From Ignavibacteriota bacterium (GTDB lineage: Bacteria > Bacteroidota > Ignavibacteria > UBA10030 > UBA6906): 64,000 nt of DNA. Positions 9,695-20,067 of the stretch are shown piece by piece. The notes beneath the pieces are model-generated. The model did no database searches. It saw nothing but the letters and a program-made list of their open reading frames with translations, and was not told the DNA's origin. Numbering within the stretch: position 1 is the first letter of the stretch; each line of letters starts with the position of its first letter. Where the stretch lies: assembly GCA_963801355.1 (NCBI GenBank), contig CAWDEM010000004.1:1056001-1120000 (forward strand), given 5' to 3'. The translations under genes were made by a program, and so were the position numbers.

Positions 9695-9888
9695 AAGGAG
9701 GTGATTCAGCGGGCATACAATTGATACACCTTTTCACCTTTCATTCCATTTGTTCCCCGTGTGCGTGATCGCCAATCATGCAGGGCATCGTTCTGCGAGG
9801 GCCTCGATGAGGTGTCCCTCACGTGTCCGCACTAATCCATCTCTCGTTGCGAGGCGAACAGCGAACGCACGAATGCATGCGCGCGGGG
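9695..9888 (+). ncRNA. Putative structured 5' leader containing an orphan extended SD element
   Basis: AAGGAGGTGATTCAGC at 9695-9710; 13-bp stem 9755-9767/9876-9888 enclosing several hairpins. Confidence 0.4.
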
Positions 9889-9947
9889 CATTGTGAGTTG
9901 CAGTTACCGCTGTAGATTTTCCAGCCAACACAAAAAGGAGGCACAAT

Positions 9948-12878
9948 ATGCAACGTAAGCTCTTCCTGGCTCTATTCGTCGCGGCCTTCATACCTGCCCT
10001 TGTTTTTGCTTCCGGCAAATTCAGAGGGAAGGTAACGGACGCGGGGACAGGAGAACCTCTTGTGGGAGCAAACGTTGTTGTCGTCGGCACACAGATGGGT
10101 GCGGCGACCAACGTTTCCGGCGAGTTCACAATTCTGAACGTCCCGGCTGGCACCTACACACTCAGGGCAATGTACATTGGGTACCAGGCAATGACGATTT
10201 CCAACCTGCGGGTGAACAACGACCTCACGACGGAAGCGAACTTCCAGATTGCGAGTGAGGGCGTCACGGTCGGGGTCGTGGAAATCGTGGCCCAACGCCC
10301 GTTGGTGAACAAGAGCGCCACAAACGCGGTGCGTATTATCGACAACGAGTTCTTCCAGAAGATTCCTGCCCGCGGCATCAATGCGGCTCTTCAGGCACAA
10401 CCCGGCGTCGTCATCCAGGGCGGCAACGTCTACATTCGTGGCGGCCGCGCAGACGAAGTTGGCTACCGTCTTGAAGGTGTCGGCATCAACGACATCATGT
10501 TCGGCGGGCGCGCTGTGTCTGTGACCGCTGAAGCTGTGGAGCAGATTCAGATACAAGCCGGCGGTTTCAACGCCGAATACGGCGGGGCCAATGCCGGTCT
10601 TGTGCAGGCGCAGCTGCGCACTGGCAACCCGGACAGGTGGAAAGCGACCGTCCTTGCCGAAACAGATAACTGGATGAAGTTGCACAAGGAAAAGAAGCTG
10701 GGTGGATACTCCTACGGTTACGGTGACGTGACAGCAACGATTGGCGGCCCTCTCGGCTCAAACAACATCCGGTTCTTCGGGAGCGGACAGGTTACGTACC
10801 AGGGTGATCCCTCGGTCTCCGTCCGCAGCCCGTACAACTTCACCGGCCCGAACGCCATAGTCACAGAGTCCGCAATTACGGCTGCGCACAGAACCCCAGC
10901 CAGTGATACTCTTGACATTTCACTCCCGGGCGGGAACGCCCTTGGCGGCTACCGGCGCGATATCGTCGGATCCGGTACACTGCTCTTCGACCTCTCCCCG
11001 GTCCAGATCCGCTTGGCGGGATCGTACGGCGTCACAAAGTCCAAAGACCAGACGGTTCTGACAAACCTGTTCAACCAAGACCGCCTCAACATCAACACGG
11101 CGAAGAACGGTTTCGGCAACGTGAAGATCTCACACGTTCTTTCGCCGACCATGTTTTACGAGGCGAACTTCGACTATTACAACAGTACCTACCGCACCGA
11201 AGATCCTGATTTCCTTGACAACGTCTTCGCCTACGGCGATTCCGCTGCGAACGCAGCGCTGGGGTACCAGTTGAGGGGGGCCTCGTTGAACTACAGCCCT
11301 TACTATTTATTTGGTACCGCCTATAGTATCAACCAGCCGGGGACGCAGATTGCGGGGTTTGAGAAGCGCACCCAAACTTCTCTGGGCGGGCGCATTGACT
11401 TCACGTCGCAACTCAAATCGCATGAAGTGAAATTCGGCGGGTCATATCAGCGCTATACGATCCGGCGTTACAGCCCCGGCACGGAGTTGTCGTGGTACCG
11501 CTTAAGAAACGAGGCGACCAGCCAGGACGCGCTGGAGCTCAACCTCATGAAGATCGGCGGCACCGGGACGGACAGCTACGGGTATGACGTGTTCGGGAAC
11601 GAGATCGATGCCGACGTCAACAAGAACGGCGCCCTGTACTACATGGGGCCGCGCAAGCCTGTCTTTGCGGCTGCGTACGTTCAGGACAAAATCGAGTTAT
11701 CGGACATCATCCTGAATCTCGGTCTCCGTTATGACTTCATCAATCCTGACAGTAAGGAAGCGGTGGATCCGGCCGACCTGCAATTTACATCGGCCGATCT
11801 CATCGCCTCGGAAGACATCATTGCGACGGAAAAAACGAACCAGATCAGCCCGAGGATCGGATTTTCGTTCCCCGTGACCGACCGGACGGTCTTCCACGCG
11901 CAATATGGCAAGTTCATCCAGCAAACCCAGCTGCGTGATTCGTATCTCGCTGCTGCAACCATGGCCGGTATCATCAAGGGTGGCTACTTTGTGACGGGTA
12001 CCTGGGGATGGGGCCTGAAGCCCACGCGCACAACACAGTATGAGGCGGGCTTCTCGCAGCAGATTGCTGAATTCGCCTCCTTTGATATCAATGCTTTCTA
12101 CAAAGACATCCAGGATCAGATCGCATGGACGAACGTGGCTCCGGCTGCAGGATCGGGCGGCCAGAATTATGCGGCCCTCGTTAACCGCGATTTCTCGACC
12201 TCCCAAGGTGTGGAGTTCAAGTTCACGATGCGGCGACAGAATCGTATCACCGCATTCCTGAGCTACACATTTTCGAACGTGACGACAACAGGGTCCAACA
12301 CGGCAAGCACCGCAGGTCTCTGGTCTGCCGGTTCTATCGTTTCGCTGCCGCACTACACGTTCCCGGCGGACTGGAACCAAACACATCGTGGCTCGCTGCT
12401 CTTTGACTACCGCTTCGCTAAGGACGACGGCGGTCCGATATTCGAGCAGATGGGGTTGAACCTCATGTTGAACTTCAACAGCGGGCACAACTTCACCCGG
12501 TTGATCGCGACGTCGCGTGGCTCGTCACCGACCGACCCCCGGTTCCGCACACCCGTGGAGCCGATCGGTTCGTCCACGACGCCCTGGTTCTTCCAGCTGG
12601 ATGCGCGCCTGGACAAGACGTTCACTCTGGGGCCGCTTGATCTGAATGTGTTCGTCTATGTTATCAACCTGCTCGGGACGAAAAACCCGGTGAATGGATT
12701 CATGCGGACGGGCGATCCTTCAGACGATGGATGGTTCTCGACGGACGGCGGACGGGCGGATGCGCTTGATTTCGGACAGCAGTATGTCGACTTCTACCGC
12801 GCGGTGTCTCTCGGCGACAACTCTGGCAACTATGGTCCGCCGCGGCAGATCCGGTTTGGCGTGAGACTTGATTACTAA
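9948..12878 (+). CDS. TonB-dependent receptor with N-terminal carboxypeptidase-regulatory-like domain
   Basis: Signal peptide; GKVTDAGTGEPLVGANV; plug motifs YIRGGRADE and GGFNAEYG; LNLGLRYD and ISPRIGFSFPVT; C-terminal PRQIRFGVRLDY. Confidence 0.93.
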   Translation: MQRKLFLALFVAAFIPALVFASGKFRGKVTDAGTGEPLVGANVVVVGTQMGAATNVSGEFTILNVPAGTYTLRAMYIGYQAMTISNLRVNNDLTTEANFQIASEGVTVGVVEIVAQRPLVNKSATNAVRIIDNEFFQKIPARGINAALQAQPGVVIQGGNVYIRGGRADEVGYRLEGVGINDIMFGGRAVSVTAEAVEQIQIQAGGFNAEYGGANAGLVQAQLRTGNPDRWKATVLAETDNWMKLHKEKKLGGYSYGYGDVTATIGGPLGSNNIRFFGSGQVTYQGDPSVSVRSPYNFTGPNAIVTESAITAAHRTPASDTLDISLPGGNALGGYRRDIVGSGTLLFDLSPVQIRLAGSYGVTKSKDQTVLTNLFNQDRLNINTAKNGFGNVKISHVLSPTMFYEANFDYYNSTYRTEDPDFLDNVFAYGDSAANAALGYQLRGASLNYSPYYLFGTAYSINQPGTQIAGFEKRTQTSLGGRIDFTSQLKSHEVKFGGSYQRYTIRRYSPGTELSWYRLRNEATSQDALELNLMKIGGTGTDSYGYDVFGNEIDADVNKNGALYYMGPRKPVFAAAYVQDKIELSDIILNLGLRYDFINPDSKEAVDPADLQFTSADLIASEDIIATEKTNQISPRIGFSFPVTDRTVFHAQYGKFIQQTQLRDSYLAAATMAGIIKGGYFVTGTWGWGLKPTRTTQYEAGFSQQIAEFASFDINAFYKDIQDQIAWTNVAPAAGSGGQNYAALVNRDFSTSQGVEFKFTMRRQNRITAFLSYTFSNVTTTGSNTASTAGLWSAGSIVSLPHYTFPADWNQTHRGSLLFDYRFAKDDGGPIFEQMGLNLMLNFNSGHNFTRLIATSRGSSPTDPRFRTPVEPIGSSTTPWFFQLDARLDKTFTLGPLDLNVFVYVINLLGTKNPVNGFMRTGDPSDDGWFSTDGGRADALDFGQQYVDFYRAVSLGDNSGNYGPPRQIRFGVRLDY

Positions 12879-12894
12879 TACTAGGAGCTCTCCG

Positions 12895-15800
12895 ATGATG
12901 AAAATTCCACGTATATGGACAGTGATTCATTCTGTCGCTGTTCTCCTGGCATTTGCGGCTTCCCTTGCGCTGGCGGATCTCCCCGGCAAGAAGCAGGAGG
13001 CGCAGCTGGAGAAGACGAACACGAATGATGTGTACCGTCCGTTCCTGATCAACAACGTCTTCAACTACTACAGCAACAACGGAGACGGATCCTACAACAA
13101 GTTCTCGACGGACAATGAAGGATTCGAATTCTACAAAGGTGGTGGCAAATGCATCATCTTTGAAGACGGCGTTGTGTGGGGCGGCTATCATAAAGGCCGT
13201 GCTACCGCAAAGGTCGGCGGCTCGGTGTACCGCCATGCACTACAGGGCGGCAGGATTCTTACCGCCGGTACTGCGACGACCGACCCAGTGGCGGAAAATC
13301 CAGCGCTTGCGAAGAACCGTATCTTCCGCGTCCGGCCCGATATCGGACCGAAAGTTGACTACGCGAGCGCGGAATCAAAAATCAACAGTGAAGAAGTGGC
13401 GTACATCGGTCGCTATGAGAGCTTTTCGGCCCAGGACATCTACAATCAGTACGTAGCTGACTGGAACGAATGGCCCGCGACCGAAGGTGCACCATACAAA
13501 GATGTGAATGCAGACGGGAAGTACGACCCGACAGAGGACATTCCCGGCCAGCCGGGTTCGGACCAGACGCTCTGGTACGTGTCGAATGACATGGAAGAAT
13601 CCCGCACGCAGAACCTTGCAGGCTGCCCGCCGATAGGGCTGGAAATGCAGCGGACGATCTGGGGCTACAAGCGTTCCGGCGCTCTTGGGAACACCATATT
13701 CATGAGCTCGCTCATTATCAACAAGAGCGGTGCTCCGATTGACAGCATGTACCTGGTGCAGTGGTCGGATCCCGATCTTGGCAACGCGGGTGACGACTTC
13801 GCAGGGTGCGATACTACGCGCAGCCTCGGCTACGTCTACAACGGTGACGCGGTGGACGAGACCTACGGGACAGCTGTCCCTGCGGGCGGATTTGACTTCT
13901 TCCAGGGCCCGGTCATTGCGTCCCCGGGCGATTCGGCAATATTCCGCCTGCAATACCGTTATGGCTACAAGAACATGCCGATGACCAGGTTCGTGTTCTT
14001 CATCTCGACCATTGCAGCCTACTCGGATCCTGATCAAGGCCCGAACGGCGACGTAGAATGGTACCGCCTGATGAATGGAACAGTGGCTAACACCGGCGTC
14101 CCGTTCATAGATCAGGTCACGAACCAGCCGACAAAGTTCTGTCTCGCCGGAGATCCTGTGAAAGCCCAAGACGGTTCCTCGGGCTGGGTTGACGGCATGG
14201 GCGGCATCGTCGCCGCTGACCGTCGTATCTGCCTCGTCACAGGGCCGTTCACGATGGCCGTGGGCGACACACAGGAGCTTGTCGTCGCGAATCTTGCAGG
14301 GGTGGGAGGCGACCGCCTCTCGAGCATCAGTGTGATGCGCGCAATTGACGACAAAGCACAGGCGGCATATAACAACCTGTTCAAGATTCCCGCTCCTCCT
14401 CCGGCCCCGAACGTTGCCGTAGCCGAGCTGGACGGCAAGATCATCCTGAGCTGGGGCGACGCAGTGACCATCGACAAGACAGAAGGCACTGTGGATCAGG
14501 GATTCACATTCCAGGGGTACAACGTCTACGAGTATCCGCCGCCGGTTACGGGCGGAGACCCCATACTCATCGGCACGTATGATCTTGTCGATGAGGTAAA
14601 GGTAATCGTAGACACGGTGTACGATGCCGCGACAGGCCTCAACATGCCGACGGTTCTGCAGAGGGGAACCGATGCCGGCCTCATCCGAACCATGACGTTC
14701 ACGTCGAGCAGGTACACAGGCGGACCTCTCATCAACGGGACGAATTACTACTTCGGTGTGACGGCGTTCAGCTACAACAACAATCCGCCGGCAGCCGCGG
14801 GGACGCACAGCCTCGAAAGCTCGCCGGCTCGCGCTTCGAAGCTCGTCCATCCGCAGTCTGCGGCCCCTGGTGTACGTTTTCGGTGGAGCGGGCGATACCG
14901 TCACGGTGACGCGGACGGCCGGCTCCAGTGACGGGAGCGTGTTCGCGCAGGTGGTCAAGCCGACAGTTCTAACGGGCGCTACCGGGTTGTGTTCGGCACT
15001 TACGGTGGGAAGCGTGTGTGGCATCTGCTCCGTACACTCGGTGGCAGGACCGACACGGTTGCCAGGAACCAGACCGACCAGTCCGGAACGGATCGCCGGC
15101 ACGGTTATCGTTGACGGTATTGCCGTGAAGTCGCAGGTGCGCCGAACGACTCGAAAGAGTCACCGTGGTAGCAACCGCGTCGGGGCCGATCATGCCGCCG
15201 GAGGCTGCTACATTCGATTCAACGCGTCGGGTTTTCCCATTCGTCGACTTCAGGAACTCCGGACGGCACGAGTCAGCAATCCGCCGGAAAAATTCAGACT
15301 GCCTCCCAGGGGTGGACGGTATCCACCGGCATGAATGCTACCACCATGACACCATTATCCGACTTTTTCGTGTCCCGCGTCACGCAGGGTGGTGCTGGCT
15401 GGCCCGATCGTACCGTTTGACTTTGAGGTCCGTTTCACGGCTGCCGGCGGAAGGCCCTGCTCGCCGGAGCGTTTACAGGTCTACCCGACAAGATTGTCGA
15501 CGTGCCGTTTGAACTCTGGAACATTGGGATCAACACCCCGACCAACACGGCGGATGACTATCGGCTGTTCCCGTACATTCTCGACGTGGACGGCAACAAC
15601 CAGTTCAATCTGCTGGCGAAGGCCGGGACAGACACTGTTGACCTTGGAGGTGGCGGTGCCACCCACTCAGTCTCCGGTGGAGCCAATGATCCCTTTACGG
15701 ATTGGATCTACTGGGTGAGACCGGTCAACAAGGCCCCGGGCCAGGCTGGTTACGATGCGATCGTCGCGGGACTACGGCTACGATCGGTGCGGGCGGGGAT

Positions 15801-16339
15801 CCATATCTCGGTCCCGCGACGGCCGGTGACGTGATGCGTCGCATGGTCATCGTGGGCTGGAATATCGGCGGTGTCGCTACCGGCCCGGGCAGCTGCCGAT
15901 GACGATGCCCGAAGCCGGGACGACGTTCCGCATCATTTCGACGAAGCCAAACACACCAGCAGATGTATTCACGTTCACGGCACCGGCCGTGTCGGTCGAC
16001 AACGACCTCGCGAAGCAGGATGTGGCGCTGATCAATGTGTACCCGAACCCGTATCTCGGTTTCAATCCGCAGGAAATCAACCGGTATGCGCGTTTCGTCA
16101 CATTCAATCATCTGCCGCAGAAAGCTACTATCCGCATATTCAACCTTGCGGGTGTTCTGGTCCGCACGCTCGTGAAAGATGATGCCACACAGTTCGCGCA
16201 GTGGGATCTTAACAACAGTGCCGATTTCCCCGTTTCTGCAGGTATGTACGTTGCGTATATCGACCTGCCGGACCTCGGCACTACCAAGATCCTGAAACTG
16301 GGTATAATTCCGGAACAACAGTATCTCGATCGCTGGTAA
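12895..16339 (+). pseudogene. Large secreted T9SS cargo protein (about 1150 aa if intact), interrupted by many frameshifts at about 14880-15900 (real decay or consensus errors)
   Basis: Signal peptide; WSDPDLG..DDFAGCD; Fn3-like FQGYNVY...YYFGVTAF; protein-like pieces continue across frames; ends in a type A-like CTD INVYPNPY...TIRIFNLAGVLVRTL...WDL...AGMYVAY..KILKLGII. Confidence 0.8.
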
Positions 16340-16427
16340 GACTCCACGCCTGTCCACAACCCGTCACACGACGGGTTGGGACGGGAATTATCTTGAACGC
16401 GAAATCGGAATGTTAAGGAGATTTTCT

Positions 16428-17474
16428 ATGAAGAACACACTAATGCGGTCGGTCCTGTGCCTGCTGCTCGTGGTGTGCGTCGTTGCTGTTGCCGACGCTG
16501 CAAACGGGAGCCGCATCGGCACAGCCGGCGCGCAGGAACTCCTGATCCCGGTCGGTGCTCGTGGCATAGCGATCGGGGGATCAAGCATGATCTTCTCAAG
16601 CGGCGCGGATGCAATCTACTGGAACCCCGCCGGCCTCGGCAGAATGAGCAATTCGGTCGAAGGTATGGTGTCAACAATGTCGTACATTGCTGACATCAAT
16701 GTTGTGTATGCGGCCCTCGGCGTCCAGGCCGGGGAATTCGGCACGCTGGGGTTCACGGTGAAGTCCCTGGCGTTCGGCGACATTCCTGTTACCACATCCT
16801 CTTTCCCCGATGGAACCGGGGAAAACTATTCCCCGTCATACATCACCATCGGTGCTACGTATGCGAAAAGCCTCACGGATCGCATTTCTGTGGGTCTGAC
16901 GGCAAACATGGTGACCGAGCGAATGCTGGCCATGAGCGCCACAGGCATGGCATTCAACATCGGCATCCAGTATCATAACCTGGGCACAACGGGTCTTGAT
17001 CTGGGTATCGCGGTGAAGAACATCGGGACCAATATGCAGTTCACCGGCTCCAATCTTATCCAGCGGGGCCAAGCGGAGGCAGGATTGCGCGGTACGCAAT
17101 TCTACACTGTGGAGGCCGCCTCCAATGAGCTGCCGTCGAGCCTTGAGATCGGTCTCGGTTACACGCACAAGATCGACGACCAGAACGTGGCCAGGCTTGG
17201 CGGAATGTTCCGCAATAACAACTACCAGGAGGACGAGTACAACGTCGGAGCCGAATACAGCTTCGACAACCTCTTCTTTGTCCGCGGCGGCTATACGCTT
17301 CCCGGCCAATCGAAGAAGGATGTCCTGGGCGAACGTGAATATATCTATGACTTCACGATCGGCGCAGGCCTGCACTACAACACCGGAAGTATCGACCTGT
17401 CATTCGACTACGCGTACCGGCATATGAAGTACTTTGATGCCAGTAACGTGGTGACCCTGACAATCGGTTTGTAG
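16428..17474 (+). CDS. PorV/PorQ-family (UPF0164-like) outer-membrane beta-barrel
   Basis: GTAGAQELLIPVGARGIAIGG, DAIYWNPAGL, LGIAVKNIG, FVRGGY and FDYAY. Confidence 0.88.
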   Translation: MKNTLMRSVLCLLLVVCVVAVADAANGSRIGTAGAQELLIPVGARGIAIGGSSMIFSSGADAIYWNPAGLGRMSNSVEGMVSTMSYIADINVVYAALGVQAGEFGTLGFTVKSLAFGDIPVTTSSFPDGTGENYSPSYITIGATYAKSLTDRISVGLTANMVTERMLAMSATGMAFNIGIQYHNLGTTGLDLGIAVKNIGTNMQFTGSNLIQRGQAEAGLRGTQFYTVEAASNELPSSLEIGLGYTHKIDDQNVARLGGMFRNNNYQEDEYNVGAEYSFDNLFFVRGGYTLPGQSKKDVLGEREYIYDFTIGAGLHYNTGSIDLSFDYAYRHMKYFDASNVVTLTIGL

Positions 17475-17507
17475 TCGCTGTTTGCGGCAGTGCAGCTTCC
17501 GCAACCT

Positions 17508-17540
17508 GAGGGCCGGCATGGAACCATGCCGGCCCTCTTA
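17508..17540 (+). terminator. Hairpin closing the TBDR operon
   Basis: GAGGGCCGGCATG-GAAC-CATGCCGGCCCTC, a perfect 13-bp stem with a weak U tail. Confidence 0.6.
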
Positions 17541-17560
17541 ATTGTTGAGCCAACACCCCT

Positions 17561-19915
17561 ATGAATACACGATACCGTTCCCCAGAACGCTTTCTGATCT
17601 TTCTCCTCGGATTTTCGCTTTTCGGAAGTTCACCGGGGGAGTGCGGTGTGCCCTTGTTTCCGCCGGACGGACCTGCAGCTGTTCATCAGCGTTGTCTCGA
17701 CATCCAACGTCCGGCGGTTGCCATGATTGTGGCACTTCAACCCGGGTACGAGGACCTGCCGCTCATGGCGTATCTCCGCCTGCATCGCGGGGCGACAACC
17801 GCTGTTGTGTTTCTGACGAACGGTGAGGGAACACCCGGCGATACGCTCGGGAGATATCCCAGCTGGATGACCGGCGAACGCAAACTCGAGGCTGACCGGA
17901 TCGCTGCGTTTCTCGACGCAGAGGCATGGTTCGCCAATATCCCGGATCTGCCAGGAGCGGGGAGTAGTGAGAATGTACAGGCACTCTGGGATACCGTCGG
18001 CGCAGTCAGGCGGCTTACCAGGGTAATCCGCAGGTACAAACCGGATGCTGTCATTCTTTGCCCGGACCGGCGGGTCATCAATCGTTCCTCCGCGCGGGAT
18101 ACGGTGGCACTCCGGGCCCTGCAGGAAGCTGTGGCACGTGCAGCGACAACGATTGATACATCACGCAATGAGGGTCTTCTCCCATGGACCGTGTCGCGCG
18201 TGTTTGTCCAGACTAGGGCGAAAGCACTCCCTCACGTGTTCATGAAGAACCATCCGCTGGTGAATGCCACCTCACTCGCAATCGCGCAGTCGGCGGGTCA
18301 ACTCTACCGCACATTGCGGCTCCGGGTCGGGGAGTGGCTTGCCGCGGGACGGGAGTACCGCATCCTGTCACAACAAGGGAGTCTTGCCGCCCCTCGCTCA
18401 CCCGAACAGCTCGTGAGCGGTCTGCCTGATGTGAGCCCGCGAATGAAGAGCATAGAACGAGCGATACAAGCTGCTGTCACGTCCAGTTCCCGCGGCGTGA
18501 GATCGGCGTCGCTCTTGCCGGTTTCGCGTGCGATTGATCTTGCGGAACAAACGCTGACCAGGGAGAGCGGCAGGTTGACCAGACAGGAGCAACGGCTCAT
18601 GGCGACCTGGAAGAACGGACTGGAAGACCTGCGAAGCACGGTGCTCGGAGTGTCAGTAACTGTCGAAGCCAGCGAGAGCCTTCTGACGGCCAGTCAGCTG
18701 TTCTATCTCCGCGTTTCGCCATTGAGTCCGCGGCGGCCGAAGGGCCAGACGGAAATCATTTTCCCTCTTGCCCGCGCCGGCGACTGGACCATCAACGACG
18801 GCATGAACTATCATTTCTCCCTGGATTCTGTGTCGTCGTTCAACATCCTCACTCCGGCCGATGTCCCGTTTGCGGTCCCTGCCTCCGAGTACGGCCTCAC
18901 GCAGCCTGTCATGAGCACTATATTCCCCTATGTCATCGTGCACAAGGATCCGCAACGCGAATACAACTATATGTACCAGGGGAAGATCCGGTTGCACCTG
19001 GGTCCACGGCGATCGTTCGCACTGCGTACGCCCCTCATCTATGATGATCGGTCGTCACCGGTCATCTACGAACTGCAAAACTTTTCGCGTGATCGGTTCC
19101 GGGGTACCGTCACGCTCACCGATTCTTCAGGTCTGTTCACGGAGCTTCCGGTCTTCTTTTCCCACAAAGACCAGATCCTGACTGACACACTGTACCTGCC
19201 GGGCGATCCTCCGCCCGGAGAAGGCTACCGGCTCTGTACGCTCGAACTCTCGGGGAAAGGGGGGCGACGGTCAATTACGGTACATCATTTCGAGACCTCG
19301 GTAGACACGACAGTCAGCGTAGGGTTGCTCTCGACAATCGACAGCTCTCCGCTGGCGGATGCGTTGCGGGTGCTGCGGCAGCCCCATGAACTGCTTGCCG
19401 TGCAGCAGGCAGCAGTGACTATGCCGCGCTTCGGAACCATCGTCGTGGATCGTGATCTCTTCTCTGATACACTCTGCACGCGGGCAACGAGAGAGGCACT
19501 CGCCGGCTGGATTCGCGGAGGCGGACATGCAGTGGTGTTTCCGCAGCATGGCGCGGATGCAGCGGTGTGGCTGACGGCGTTGTGCGGCGCAGCGTTCGCA
19601 CCGATCGATCCGCTTCCGTGCGACGCGCCCGTGACGATGGATTCCCCGGGGTTGTTCAGCTCACCCAACGTGATCACTCCGGCAGACTGGGAAGGATGGG
19701 TCGTCTCCCGGGCGTTCACGGAGATCCGCCGGCCGGCTCCTCACTCCAGTGGAGCAAGCCAGGCCAGAACCGGGTCCGTGCCGCTTATCTGTACGCTGAC
19801 GGTGGGGGATGGGTCTATTACTCTTGTGGCAGCGGATATTCTCTCGCAGCTGGTGAACTACCATCCGGGGGCGCACCGACTTCTGGCAAACATTGTTGCA
19901 TACAGAAAGAACTAG
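17561..19915 (+). CDS. Exported LmbE/PIG-L-like multidomain protein with degenerate active site
   Basis: VALQPGYED...VFLTNGEG...ERKLEA...RVIRRYKPD matches the PIG-L pattern; C-terminal GATase-like GGGHAVV and FSSPNVITPADWEGWV. Confidence 0.7.
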   Translation: MNTRYRSPERFLIFLLGFSLFGSSPGECGVPLFPPDGPAAVHQRCLDIQRPAVAMIVALQPGYEDLPLMAYLRLHRGATTAVVFLTNGEGTPGDTLGRYPSWMTGERKLEADRIAAFLDAEAWFANIPDLPGAGSSENVQALWDTVGAVRRLTRVIRRYKPDAVILCPDRRVINRSSARDTVALRALQEAVARAATTIDTSRNEGLLPWTVSRVFVQTRAKALPHVFMKNHPLVNATSLAIAQSAGQLYRTLRLRVGEWLAAGREYRILSQQGSLAAPRSPEQLVSGLPDVSPRMKSIERAIQAAVTSSSRGVRSASLLPVSRAIDLAEQTLTRESGRLTRQEQRLMATWKNGLEDLRSTVLGVSVTVEASESLLTASQLFYLRVSPLSPRRPKGQTEIIFPLARAGDWTINDGMNYHFSLDSVSSFNILTPADVPFAVPASEYGLTQPVMSTIFPYVIVHKDPQREYNYMYQGKIRLHLGPRRSFALRTPLIYDDRSSPVIYELQNFSRDRFRGTVTLTDSSGLFTELPVFFSHKDQILTDTLYLPGDPPPGEGYRLCTLELSGKGGRRSITVHHFETSVDTTVSVGLLSTIDSSPLADALRVLRQPHELLAVQQAAVTMPRFGTIVVDRDLFSDTLCTRATREALAGWIRGGGHAVVFPQHGADAAVWLTALCGAAFAPIDPLPCDAPVTMDSPGLFSSPNVITPADWEGWVVSRAFTEIRRPAPHSSGASQARTGSVPLICTLTVGDGSITLVAADILSQLVNYHPGAHRLLANIVAYRKN

Positions 19916-20067
19916 CGGCCGGATCTGCCCTTGTTGCCTCATTGATACATCGAGTCGAACGGTGCCTTTCTTCTTGCGCTCTGTCTTTGTACATTGAAAA
20001 GTAAATATCGATTTCACGCATCGGAAAAAGTGGGGCTACGCTGTAGTAATATCATCCTCGTTCAGTC

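Noticed and set aside
9650-9947. Cobalamin or TPP riboswitch upstream of the TBDR
   Set aside because: The conserved cores (GGGAA...GCCCCCGC.ACUG and the B12 box; GCUGAGA...CCUGA) are not recognisable.
14878-15900. Programmed frameshifting or a diversity-generating retroelement target
   Set aside because: There are too many shifts, no consistent slippery motif, and no reverse transcriptase or template repeat in the window.
16349-16385. Intercistronic hairpin between the cargo and PorV genes
   Set aside because: It has no U tract and is an ordinary mRNA stability or stoichiometry element.
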